A stretch of DNA of 64,000 bases from Tubulanus polymorphus (lineage: Eukaryota; Animalia; Nemertea). Made by a program: the position numbers and the translations under genes. Below, piece by piece: positions 1 to 11,955 of the stretch (positions are counted from its first letter, which is position 1; every line of letters begins with the position of its first letter). The notes under the pieces are model-generated. The model did not search any database. It worked only from the letters and a program-made list of their open reading frames with translations, and was not told the origin of the DNA. The stretch spans positions 7,776,850 to 7,840,849 of the forward strand of contig NC_134029.1 in NCBI RefSeq assembly GCF_964204645.1, given 5' to 3'.

Positions 1-82
1 AGTTCACAGCTGTATTCATCATGTTTACCATTCCAGGCATGCCATGCGCGTTCGTAGAGGGGGAGCCCGAATGCGTTTTTCG

Positions 83-517
83 TTTACTTTTGTCAGCGAT
101 ATGAGGTTGGCATTGAGCCATTTAATGTAAAATCGCGGGACGTTTTTTTATGTGAGCATATGTTTTATTGGTTCTGGGCCTTAAACGACGTATAATCGAT
201 TCGATTGAAGACATGGCGAACCTCCGTCGATGACATGGTCAACTTTGGTAGAATTCTACGAAAAACTGTTTTTGGCGGGAAAATTCTTAGCTCTTGCGTA
301 TAAAATTGCAATGACCTCGATTGGGGGGCGTCGTCTCTACGATCGAAATTTTTATATTCCATATTTTGTATTCAATCTTGCCTCCACGTACCATTCTTAT
401 GGTTGGAGTGAAATAAATATCTTATCTAATGTGATTGGCTGTTTTTATATATACGTTTTAATCCCGGTGATTGTTTTGATTGCCATTGAAGCGTAAGAGA
501 ACACACACACGCACGCA

Positions 518-562
<45 letters not shown>

Positions 563-2152
563 TGGATGGATCAGTCTGAAATTTCGTACACTTGTTTAGC
601 TATCTACCATCAATGTTGTGTCCAAATTTCATCGAAATCGGATAAAAATTAATGATTTTCAAACAATTTGAAATGTCTCTGAAATCTTTAATCTTGGCCC
701 TATCTCTACAAAAAAAGATCGCTAGCATCAGATTTTCATTCCCACTATGACTAGATTATTTAAAATTAGTTTAGAACTTGATATGAAAACTTTTATGAAT
801 TTGTCAAATTTAACTGTGTGTGACCTGCTGTGTGGTAGGTAGAATTTATCAGCTTTCTTACATGGGAACAATATCACAAATCCGCGTTGTGCATGGGAAA
901 TTTGTTTATAGCCTAGATTTCAAGAATAATTCTAAAATTCTAAAAAACATTGTTCAAAATGAAATAGTACATTGAATATTTGTTCATTTTAAATGTAGTC
1001 ACTAAGAATGAGTGGCAGCTTATTGGAACACTGCCACTTTCCTGAAAAACTATTAGGCCACACGTCAAGGCATGTTTTTACACTTCAAACATGTAGCTCA
1101 TACATCGGCAGTTGGTCGACCGTTTTTGGCGAACCGTAGGTTTGCCTATGCAAACGGTCTGATAAAGCAGTTTTCATTGAAAATAAATAGAGTACCGGTG
1201 TGTCAACAAGGCACAAACATAGGCTGTTGAACTAATAGTGTTGAATATTGGTGTCATGGTTTGGCTTAATGAGTTCTCGAGCCCACAAAAATTTCATAGT
1301 GATCGAGTTATTTTTAGGGGACTTATTCTTGAAAAACACGCAAAAACCCTGCTTTTTAGCACTAAGTAATGGCATGTTTTTACATATGACAATTTGCATG
1401 CTTGGAATTGAAATATATAAAAGTTCAATCCTTCCTGGAAGTGTCGCCGTTTTTAGTTCGACTGATCTCAATGTACTTTTCGACCTACAGGCCCTCACTT
1501 TATAAACCCCCTAAATTTCCTCGCTTCTATTTATTTGAGTTGACCTTGTAACCCGAGCTACAATGAATGTGATTGGCTGTTTGTGGGATATACGGGACAT
1601 TCCGGGAATTTCGCCGTTTCTGATGTCATTGGGAAAGCCCATTGGGAAAGCCTAATGTGAAACCCAAAACAAAATGGCGCGTATTTGTTTTGAGTTCTAG
1701 AAAAAAAGTCTGATGTTTGTATTTTTTACATTTTGTCGATTGATGGATTCTGACTTGTGAAATTGTGGTCAATCTAATACTGCGTCGCTAGTGTTGTATA
1801 TACGCGCGTCAGCTGTCAGCCGCGTGTGTGCGAATATAGGTTACAGTTTGTGGTGTGTTAGTAATCACCTGAGCGAGTCTATATATAGCACAGTGACTCG
1901 GCAATGATAGTATCACACAGAACTAACCGCAGGCGCATATATTGTCGGCCTCATACATCTTCAATCCAAATTAATTTATATTTAGTATAATATTTTTGAC
2001 AATATATGCACTAAATGATTTAATGGTGAGCCACAGGGCCATTGGACCTTTATTTATTGGTTTACCTTTGTCAGCGATATGATGTATGCATTGAGCCAAT
2101 TCATCTAAAATCGCGGTACGTTTTTTTATGTGAGCATTTGTTTCATTGGTTT
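83..2152 (+). repeat. Dispersed ~90-bp direct repeat pair (about 83-172 and 2060-2152)
   Basis: TTTGTCAGCGATATGA...CATTGAGCCA...TAAAATCGCGG.ACGTTTTTTTATGTGAGCAT occurs in both places. Confidence 0.75.
501..562. repeat. (CA)n/(GCAC)n compound microsatellite
   Basis: Directly visible. Confidence 0.95.
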
Positions 2153-3068
2153 AACTTCTAGAACTTTGAAATCACGAATTAAAAAGATTTTTCAAGCAAT
2201 GCCCTTACTCCAAACAACCTCTAGCTTTCAAGGTAAACCACACTTTGCCCTTGGGCAATTTATAAAAAATAAAATCTATTTCAATGAATCCCAGAAAAAA
2301 GTTTTCACTCGGCACCTTTGCAGTCGGGTCGGTCGGGTAACGGCAAACAGACCATTATTTTGGGATGGCCTTATGAATGATAATTTAAACTTTTATAGCA
2401 GAAGATGAGCGCTGTGTTTCCTGTTTGATAGAATTTGTAATAAATTGTAATTTCTTGTGACCTGAAAACACTTAAGGCCCATCTACACGTAGGCACTAAA
2501 CCGGCTCCGTTGGAATCGGCTTTTTGGAGCCTGTATTTTGAAAGGCGCGCATCTACACGAAGTAACTGGGAAGCGAGGTTTTCGATTACGCACATGTTGC
2601 TTTCGGTTACACAGACGTTGTAGTGTGGTGATTGCACTCCAGTTTAATTTCTGGGTAAAAAATGTTAACGAATTTTCAATCGGTTAATCAAAAGAATTTC
2701 TAACCAAGTTATTATAAAAATGGAGCTTCTGTCGCTTTGTATGTGGATGCTGTTCCCTCAAGTTTCACGTAATCGATTTCGTGACCCGAAAATAAAGCAG
2801 TGGCTAAGAACGGTGCTGCCATCTGTTAAGGAACTAAACGGAGCCGCCTTTTCATGATCGCGCATCTACACGGATGAAAGCCGGCTTTTTTAAAAGCGGC
2901 TCCGTTGTGTAGGTATGCGGGCGGCCATGTATTCTCAAGATGTCCCAAAGCGCGCCGTGTGCATTTTTTGGCCACACTGGACATAAATCATGACATGTTG
3001 AATGTCTGTCTAACAATGACTAGACGTGAAAATTCGAGGGAACCGACAACAGTCGCCTCAATGAATTA

Positions 3069-4320
3069 TTTTTAGCCCACTTGGGACTTTAGTCCCAGCG
3101 GGCTATTGCGTTCACTTTTCGTCCGTCGTCCGTCCGTCCGTCCGTAGACGGAATCCAGTTATTTTGGGAAGTTTTGAAGACGCTTCAAGGTAATGTCTTG
3201 ATATTTGGGTTACACATGTATCTACCCTAGACACATCTTCAGCCCAAAAACTGGCCCTGTCAGATTCAAGATGGCCGACTGGCAGCCATTCTTGTTCGCC
3301 AAAATCAGCACTTTTTACACATTTTTGAACTTTTTGAGGGAAATTTTGAAGACGCTTTGATCAATTACCTTGATCTTTCGGATATATGTGAATTCCCCCA
3401 GGGCCCATCAGCATAACAAAAATTTGGTCGATCGGACTCAAGATGGCCGTCCTATGACCTTTTTAGTGGCCAAAAATGTTAATTTTGGCCCAAATTCTGA
3501 GTCCTGTAGCTTCCTACTGGTTTATCATTTCTCATTGCAATTTGTGATGGGTATTCTTTGGAAAGGGATGTTTTATACCCGAGACAGGTATTTTTCATCA
3601 GCCAATTATGACGCAATTGGCGGCCATCTTGGTGTCAGCAGTACTCGTTCGTAAGTGGGAAAAAGTTTTTCCACATTATATTGATACCTAAGCGTATTTT
3701 GTTACCACAATCATTTAGAAAGTTGTAGCTCATAACGTGTTCTATGATTGTGGTGAGTTTCAAGGTCATTGGTTTTTGTATATGGCCACCAGGGGGCGTT
3801 GAATAATGCAATATCTTAGTATTTCTATATTATATTCGTATCAATGCATATTTTGTAACCACAATCAATTGCAAAGTTGTAGCTCATGATATCATCTATG
3901 ATTGTGGCAAGTTTTAAGGCCATGAGTTATTCTATATGGTCACCAGGGGGTGTTAAATAGTAGAATAACTTAGTATTTCCTTATTATATTGGTACCTAGG
4001 CATATTTTGTTACCATGATCAATTACAAAGTTATAGTTCGTGACATGTTCTATGATTGTGGTGAGTTTCGAGGTCATTGGGTTTTGAATATGGTCACCAG
4101 GGGGCATTGAATAGTAGAATAACTTAGTATTTCCATATTAAAGTGGTAACGAGGCATATTTTGTTATCACAATCAATTACAAAATCGTAGCTGCTGACAT
4201 GTTCTATGATTGTGGTGAGTTTCAAGGTCATTGGATTCTGTATATGGTCACCAAGGGGCGTTGAATATTGAAATTGTTAGATTGTTGAGCATTTGGAACC
4301 ACTTCCCTGGACCCATAGTT
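3069..4320 (+). mobile_element. Helentron-associated (HINE/DINE-like) non-autonomous element; 3' boundary uncertain
   Basis: T-run then hairpin AGCCCACTTGGGAC-ttta-GTCCCAGCGGGCT, followed by a (GTCC)n microsatellite (~3118-3143) and internal tandem repeats. This is the usual HINE layout. Confidence 0.6.
3690..4270. repeat. Tandem array of about 4 units of ~154 bp
   Basis: The motif CACCA(G/A)GGGG recurs at ~3788, 3941, 4096 and 4250, together with repeated TCTATGATTGTGG...AAGGTCATTGG. Confidence 0.9.
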
Positions 4321-4440
4321 TAAGGTTGTTTCTCATTTTCGCTCGCAGTTATAATACGTTTTATCGTCGTACTTTCTATACCAGGGTATCTCGATCGGCC
4401 AAACCGAAATGCGGCTCACATAAAAGACTGTGCTTATATG

Positions 4441-6523
4441 TGTCACCCTGATATAATTTGCATATTTCGTAATCATATAGATCTACAATGTCATATCCAA
4501 CAGTTCATAACATTTCATAGCTCTACTACATATCAATAATAATAATAATGATATAATATAACTGATGACTATAGTGTCAATATGTGCTTTAAGGTCGAAA
4601 TCAACATGTGACATTACTCAATATGTTTTCACAATAATTAGCTATAGTCAGTGCTCATCGATAATTAATTAATGTCTCTCAAACATGTCACTAGGTGTTT
4701 GTTTGTGAGTCCTGATGTCTACAACTTGTCTGACACCTAGTTCTCACATTATACTCATGATTCTGTATATGAAGACTATGTAAAGCTATGATAATCATTC
4801 TCACTCCGGGATGCAATAAAGATTGTACATATAAGGTTTAACTGCCTTGTTGTTCCTGATGGATGGAACACTGTACCGCTGGTGTAAATGCTAGTTCCCC
4901 AGCCAGCCTGCCGATACAACAACCAGCCGGTTACAGATGGTGGAGAACCCAAATTTAAGTCCTCGTGACTTACACAAGTACAGATGAAGCTGTTAAACTA
5001 TTGGTTGTGACTGGAACGTTGACCTCACGAGAAGATCGTATTCAACTACACCTGTGACGAGATGGCCGAGATGCATTACGGTAACTTTTTGTCAGCCGAA
5101 GGTAATACAGTTGCTTCTTTGTCTCGAATTAGTGGTCAGATGAACATGATAGAAAATTAAATCAGTTATCGCCGGTTTAAATAGTATGATTCACAATTCT
5201 TTTTTCCTAGGCATCTAGTTCCAATCAGCATAAATCAATTTTAGTTTCATTTCGTACTATAAGTATTAGAATACGGAACACTTCTCAGGGGATATGTCTA
5301 AGGTTAATTAGTCAAATTCATCTACTAACAGTACAGTGCGTATCTATACTTTTTTCGCAACAAACTATTTCGACTATACTAAAGGTTCAATCGGCAATTT
5401 TCATTTTCATAGGTTCATATTTTTTGTTTGTTAGTATAACTAAAATATTAAGATGAATTGGTTGAATTTTTATGTGGACAAATATATAATATCAGTTACA
5501 CCTGGCCACTTATTTTGGATGGTGATAATTTTTTCCTTATGGTTGACAAGGGTAACTGTATTTGTGTTGTGTCATTGCCTGAACTCTGCTCTGATGTCAG
5601 ATGTTGCATGTTACTATCATTGTGTCACGAAATTATTTCCAGTCAGTAATCGAAAGATCTTCAAAACAGAGAAATGCGTACTACTTGCAACTTGCATCAC
5701 CAACTGATCTTCGGGACGCTATAACTACACAACACATCGCTCTACTTCTGTTCGTCGCAGAACCAACCAGAATTCGGGGATCCTCTGCAGATCATTCAAA
5801 ATCACAGTTAACGTATTATCGCCTCGTCCGTAAATAACGACAACATGTGACTCTTTCGTGAATGACTGAATCCGGATGTTACTGTCCAACGTTTGCACAT
5901 TTTCGCACGGTGGAGCTCAATTTTACACGTTCTCGCAGTGGAAGGAGTTTTAATGAAGTTATAGCATCTGCGTTTTCCGCAAATTTGGAGGACCAAATTT
6001 AATTGGACAAGGGGGCATCTGTCACCCTGATATAATTTGCATATTTCGTAATCATATAGATCTACAATGTCATATCCAACAGTTCATAACATTTCATAGC
6101 TCTACTACATATCAATAATAATAATAATAATAATAATGATATAATATAACTGATGACTATAGTGTCAATATGTGCTTTAAGGTCGAAATCAACATGTGAC
6201 ATTACTCAATATGTTTTCACAATAATTAGCTATAGTCGGTGCTCATCGATAATTAATTAATGTCTCTCAAACATGTCACTAGGTGTTTGTTTGTGAGTCC
6301 TGATGTCTACAACTTGTCTGACACCTAGTTCTCACATTATACTCATGATTCTGTATATAAAGACTATGTAAAGCTATGATAATCATTCTCATTCCGGGAT
6401 GCAATAAAGATTGTACATATAAGGTTTAACTGCCTTGTTGTTCCTGATGGATGGTATCCTGTACCGCTGGTGTAAATGCTAGTTCCCCAGCCAGCCTGCC
6501 GATACAACAACCAGCCGGTTACA
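4441..6523 (+). mobile_element. Non-autonomous miniature LTR retroelement (TRIM-like, Gypsy-type hallmarks)
   Basis: Two near-identical LTRs at 4441-4935 and 6020-6523 with TGTCAC...GTTACA ends. TATG on both flanks (4-bp TSD). PBS TGGTGGAGAA 2 nt after the 5' LTR and purine tract ACAAGGGGG just before the 3' LTR. The 1084-bp interior has no gag/pol ORF. Confidence 0.9.
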
Positions 6524-7374
6524 TATGCCTTGCAAAAATCCAAGGACATTTTGAAAATTCGAACGTCTTAGTTGAATTCTGTAAGCCATAAGAGTTGAAT
6601 GATTTCTGTGTAGGTAAATGGCCCCCAAAGTTTTGGTCTGGCCAATTCTGGACGGATGTGTTGATACCACTTACTGACGAAGAACGGAATTAATGATAAT
6701 TAATTGTTGGTTCATTGTTTTTCATTCAGAGGAAATATTTCTCTCAATTGAAAAATGGCAGCGCGAACTTGTGATTGTAAGAACGCCGTGTGCGGAGTTA
6801 GAAGGCCCACGTGTATCTTCAGATACAATCAGTATTGTGTCAAAACTTCCTAGAAATCGAATAATAAATTGGCTGAATTGGGAATTTCAGATTTTCTGTT
6901 TAAATCGATTATTACTGAAGCAACTTTCATTAAAGATAAACCCCCAGAATCAGAGAGGTGTACATCCAGAAACCCTCCATGTATGAATAGTTATCAAGAA
7001 AATATTTGAAAAAGTTTTCTGAATTCCCTCGTCAACTGTGATGCAGTGAGAGATCAAGTGTGTCGTCCAGACCTGATGATCCTGCTGGAGTAGCTAGTTG
7101 GATGTAACGTGCTTCACCACCGCATTTGTGCCTCTGAACAAAATACTACGGTTGCAACTGTCGGCAAAGCAATATATTAGCCCCCCCCCCCAGCCGGATA
7201 ACGTTGATTATGACGTTTTAGCATTATGGGGTTTTCAATTATTGGTGAGACACATTTTGTCGTTATTTACTTGTCGCACCAGTGGCTACACCTCTGTGCT
7301 CCTCATACTTACTTTCGGAGTAATAAACTACATGTATATTGAAATATTATATATTGTGTAATGCATTTTTTCAG

Positions 7375-7515
7375 CTCCACTCGCTACTGTATTGATAAAG
7401 AGATATGGTACACGACTCTGTCTTCTAATTGCGGGAATTTTCAATGGTCTGACCATAAGTTTATCAGCGTTCGCTCCAAATATTTACGTGATAATTATTC
7501 TTTGGTCGATAGCTG
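7375..7515 (+). CDS. SLC16/monocarboxylate transporter-like MFS protein, internal coding exon
   Basis: Acceptor ttttttcag| and donor G|gtgagt, 141 nt. Reads PLATVLIKRYGTRLCLLIAGIFNGLTISLSAFAPNIYVIIILWSIA, with the MCT-type 'L..RYG.R' and 'SAFAPNI' motifs. In phase with the next exon. Confidence 0.85.
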
Positions 7516-7947
7516 GTGAGTATGTCATTGAATCCCTTCTACCTGATAAGACAAACATCTGAGGCGTGCGTTATTTTCGGCTCATAAAAATAACCTCGAA
7601 CTACCAGTGGCAAAGGAAATTGGTTTTGAAAATATCCTAGAATTGTCTATAGAATGCTGTGTCCAGGATAAACCACTGCCATCAAAAAAAATTCTTCGTA
7701 AATACCAGATACTCTTAAATCTATGATTAGATAGATTTTGGGATAAAATATTTGTAGAATTTAATGCCACATCTTGCGGGTCCAGTGATGTACGTAGCGA
7801 ATTTAACAACGCGTCAACGCACACTGATTTGGTCCGTTCTGAATGTGTCCCGTTCAGGTCGCGGGGACCCATTTAGAACGGTCTAAACGCTGGCAGAGTG
7901 AACGCGGCTCTGTTATCGTATTGAATAATCTAATTATCATTTTGTAG

Positions 7948-8910
7948 GTATCGCAAACTCCTTCCATCTCGGACCTATAGCTGCGTATGTCGTGATTAGA
8001 TTTAGGAAATACAGAGCTATAGTGAATGGTATCGCTATAACTGGTTGTTCCGCGGGCACTTTCTTGCTAGCACTGTTCGCGAACGATACGATAGAGTTGT
8101 ATTCCTGGAGAGGATCAGTTTGGATTTTAGGCGGCGTGTGTTTCCATCACTGCTCATTGTGTCTCCTGCTGAAGGACTGGAACACTAACGACAAATCGGA
8201 CGATCTCTGTTACGTTGAGAGTAACTCCACAGATTCATATCCCGCAAACGACCGTCTATTGCGCGATTATGTGAACGGGTTACCGACAGAAATACGAACA
8301 GGCGAAATAACCGATCAGAAGAGTAAATGCGAACGGCATTTGAACGTAGAAAAACCTACCGACGTGAAGATGTCAAAAATTATTAAAAGTATTACTAGTC
8401 TTAACAAGAACGATCTGAAGGCGAATCTGGTGGAAATATTGCATTTGAGATTGTTTAGAAAGCGAGCCTTCCTGACGATGAGTTTGCATATGTTATTCTA
8501 TTACATGTCGGCATCGGTGGTTTATCTACACGTAGTTTCCGGATTCGAGAATTTGCTAAAAATAACCATCGAACAAGCGCGGTTTATGGTATCAGTCATC
8601 GGTATAAGCGGGGTGTTCGGCCGTGTGGTCGGCTCGTTTTTGACGCATTTCAAACGGATAGATACGTTATCTTTGTATTTAGCAATCGATGTCATGTTAG
8701 CGGTGGCTTCGTTTCTAGTGCCGGTATTCGAAGGATTCACGGCAGGAATCATACTCAGCGTGTTCCTGGGATTTAGCGTCTCCGGTATTATAGCGACGAT
8801 GCCGCTTGTATTGATTGAACTACTTGAAGACAGTGACCTTGTCAACATGTCAATAGGATACTGCTATTTTTTCATAGGAATAGGATCGTTCATTGGCGCA
8901 CCATTAGCAG
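7948..8910 (+). CDS. SLC16/MCT-like transporter, large central exon (TM4-TM11 and cytoplasmic loop)
   Basis: Acceptor tttgtag| and donor CAG|gtaagc. Contains F.KYRAIVNGIA..G, YSWRGS and GSFIGAPLAG motifs typical of SLC16. Overlaps ORF 7992-8945. Confidence 0.9.
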
Positions 8911-8991
8911 GTAAGCAAATTACCAAAAGACTGCCTTGTACATAGTGAAAGAGTTGTTTAACCATGATGCTGTTTTTTTTTCAATTTTTAG

Positions 8992-9116
8992 GATGGATTT
9001 ATGACATAACAGGAAATTACGCTTATTCGTTTTACGTTGGAGGTGCACTAGCTTCTTTGTCATCTTTAGCTATAGTTCCCTACTGGATACGACACGTTCG
9101 TAAACTACAACATTAA
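8992..9116 (+). CDS. SLC16/MCT-like transporter, last coding exon
   Basis: Acceptor ttttag|. Reads (G)WIYDITGNYAYSFYVGGALASLSSLAIVPYWIRHVRKLQH*, the classic MCT TM11-12 'GWxYDxTGxY' motif. Confidence 0.9.
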
Positions 9117-10959
9117 CAACAGTTTTTAGTAGCGAATTAGGACAGACAATTAAGCTTAACAGTCGATTCTAAAAACATACTTGGCAAGCACAATTTCGCG
9201 GTAGAAATTTGATTTGACGGCACATGCCATAAAGGTTTTAACCAAAAGGTTCGAAAAATCGAGTTTCTGATTTTTTGGGAACGACTGTATTGGTTGTATG
9301 ATTATTTATTACAATCTTATGGGGTCAGGATATTATTCCTCTCTGACAATGATAATGCAGCCTGAAATGCGAAGATATGTGTGTAAAATATTGTACATGA
9401 AGCCTTGAATTTTATACAAAAAATAGACGGCTATAAAAAAAAGGTACAGACGTTTAATTTATGTTAACGATATTAATAGTAAATAATTAACTTTATGGTC
9501 TAAGTGATATTTCGTCTATGACAAATAATCATGATACGTACACATTAGACAAATACACGGAAAACAAAGCATTTATAAATACTAGAAATGATAACCAATC
9601 GACAAGAGGGAAATTACTGAAACTATTGACTGAGACTTACGCAACTAGTTTCGACCTTTAAAAGAAATAAGTGGATCGATCATCCATATAACATTCGGGT
9701 CTTATGTCATTTAAAGTACAATCGTTTGAAATCGATGAATCAAACCTGTGTATCTAAAACTTCTACAGCAGACAGACTACTCTCATTCCGCTGAAACGAA
9801 TAGACGTAAACTGTGTTTTCGTCCCATTCCACGATCAGCAGAAAGGTGTACTTTCGTGCTGGTCGACCAGTTGATACCGTGCGTATGTTGTAGAGAGACT
9901 ATTAAAGAGGTGTGCTCTACTATCGGAAGCGATCCTTTGTCGAACGTCTCTTAAAATCCGAATCCAGACGAGGAGAATACTAACTAGTATATTTTCGATG
10001 ATCTGACGTGAATATTATTTATTGATGTATGTCAAAGCTCGCGACTCGCAGGTCGGCCTTTTCGTTATAGTATCCGGAGCTCACGACTCGCAGGTCGGCC
10101 CTGTTCTGATCTGATCTATCTTGAACTCAACTGAACTGAACTGGACTGGACTTTCTGAACCAAATCAAAAATGTTAATTAGATATTTATAAGTGATGACT
10201 AGAGTTGACATAGGCTAAGCGTAAAACTGGAGAGAGTGCCAAACTTACAATATACTATTCAGAACTATGATGATAATGATATCCATGATATCTTTCTCCA
10301 AAGTTGGTAATTACTAAATCAATAGAGTATCTACTACAATTGTTATTTTACTGATAATCATAAGATCTACATCTGACATTGAAACTATAGTGTAAAATCC
10401 TCATTTCATAACACCGCGTTCCCACTTCATCCGCATCACTTTTCTGCGTGCTTGGATTCCCACGGGACAGAGCCTCCATTGGCTTTCCAAGCATCCAGCC
10501 GCGTATGTTCGTAACTTGTTTGAAATTATATATTATTTATACTGCATATATATATATATATACAGATATTAGATATTATATTAAATTACATTATTACATG
10601 GTTTTTTCAGAAACTGTACAGTTTTTGATAAACTTCGTATAACCGAGTTTCGAGTTAGTTTGGAGGTATAGAAAGCAGTTTACACTGATTATTTACGTAA
10701 CTTTTACGACGAGACTCTGGATGTCGCACATGTGATGAAATCGTTCGTTTGATTGTTTTGGCCACATAACGATAGATGATAAAACCAGATTTAGAACCGA
10801 TTGGGCAGCCTTTATCTCCTATCATCAATTAAATTCCCTATATCTATAATATCATATATTGATGTAGCCTGTAAACGTGATGAGAAAAAGAAGGCGACTG
10901 CGCGATTTATATACAGGAAACTCTTTACCCTATCACGTGGTTTCAATAGTCACCTTATG

Positions 10960-11955
10960 TTAACAATAAAACATTGATTTCAGTTGGCTTTTAAAGTACG
11001 GCAGCCTTATTATATAAACTGGAAAATTGACGATATAGTTGATAAGACTGACGAACGAGACTAACCAATATAGCGCCAGCAGATTGTTCATGTCGTTTCT
11101 ACTGACTAAATGAGGGTTCCTAACTACGTAGTAGCCGTATATCCAACCACCGATCAGTGGCAAATTGAAAACGATGAATATCGTCGAAACCATGATAAGC
11201 GTGACGCTGATCGAGGTTTCCTGGCGTTTAACCGTCGATTGGACGTCATTTTTGAACCAACGCGAATTCGATAACAACGACACGCTGATCAAGACGTTAA
11301 TGACGAGCAGGAGCATCGCCGGTAAAACGTGGTAGAATAATATGAACAGCGTGAATGTAAGATGGTACGTCAAATCGGGATCTAATTGCCTTGTTTCGGT
11401 GCACACGGTAGCCTCATTGGCCGTGTTGTACTCGGGCGCCAATTCGTATAGAAACACCTGCCTCACTTCAACTGCCGTGGTCGAAACTGTGGAAAACACC
11501 AATAGATAAACCCGTTTTCGTTGAGAATTAAGCCACTGTTTGGCGAACATCGGGAATCTTATAGCTAGGAATCGCTCGAACGTCATAGCTATAGTGATTA
11601 TCTCCGACATAGCCAGCGCCCAGCGCCTGCAGTAATACCCCAATCTGCATGTATGCAGGCTCAACCCTTCGAAGTCGAGAGAGTACTTGCCGAAGGATAT
11701 TGCCGACAGGCCGTAGTTGAGCCATAAAACAAACCCCCAGAACACGTAGAAAGCGTCGACGAAAGCCAAGTAACACAAGTAGATAACCCCTGGTTTTCCC
11801 CATCGATGGTATCTTACGAAAACGACTACCGTTAATGCGTTGAACACGAATCCCATTATAATCAACGGTAGAAACAGGTAACGCTCAAAAACAGCCGCCG
11901 CGGATTGGACGTAGATCAACGCAGGAAAGCGGTCTGTACGATTGGCAATATTCAT
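10960..11955 (-). CDS. Intronless rhodopsin-class (class A) 7TM GPCR, FMRFamide/sex-peptide-receptor-like orphan
   Basis: 331-aa ORF with seven hydrophobic segments: TM1 GFVFN, TM2 YLAFVD, TM3 C..ERFLAIRFP (DRY variant), ECL2 Cys, TM5 VLP, TM6 FIVFNLP, TM7 NYIVNFPVY, helix 8 FK..L. Confidence 0.9.
   Translation of the reverse strand: MNIANRTDRFPALIYVQSAAAVFERYLFLPLIIMGFVFNALTVVVFVRYHRWGKPGVIYLCYLAFVDAFYVFWGFVLWLNYGLSAISFGKYSLDFEGLSLHTCRLGYYCRRWALAMSEIITIAMTFERFLAIRFPMFAKQWLNSQRKRVYLLVFSTVSTTAVEVRQVFLYELAPEYNTANEATVCTETRQLDPDLTYHLTFTLFILFYHVLPAMLLLVINVLISVSLLSNSRWFKNDVQSTVKRQETSISVTLIMVSTIFIVFNLPLIGGWIYGYYVVRNPHLVSRNDMNNLLALYWLVSFVSLINYIVNFPVYIIRLPYFKSQLKSMFYC

Noticed and set aside
4562-4616. 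CTGATGA...GTCGAAA in both LTRs, suggesting a retrozyme-type hammerhead
   Set aside because: Stem II cannot close (C opposite C), the position needing U16.1 is C, and stem I is at most 3 bp. Probably chance, though an Infernal scan would settle it.
7076-7112. CTGATGATCC...GGATGTAAC hammerhead-like sequence
   Set aside because: The essential GAAA box is absent.
8522-8848. Minus-strand 108-aa ORF (likewise 11528-11803)
   Set aside because: Antisense or alternate frames of real genes.
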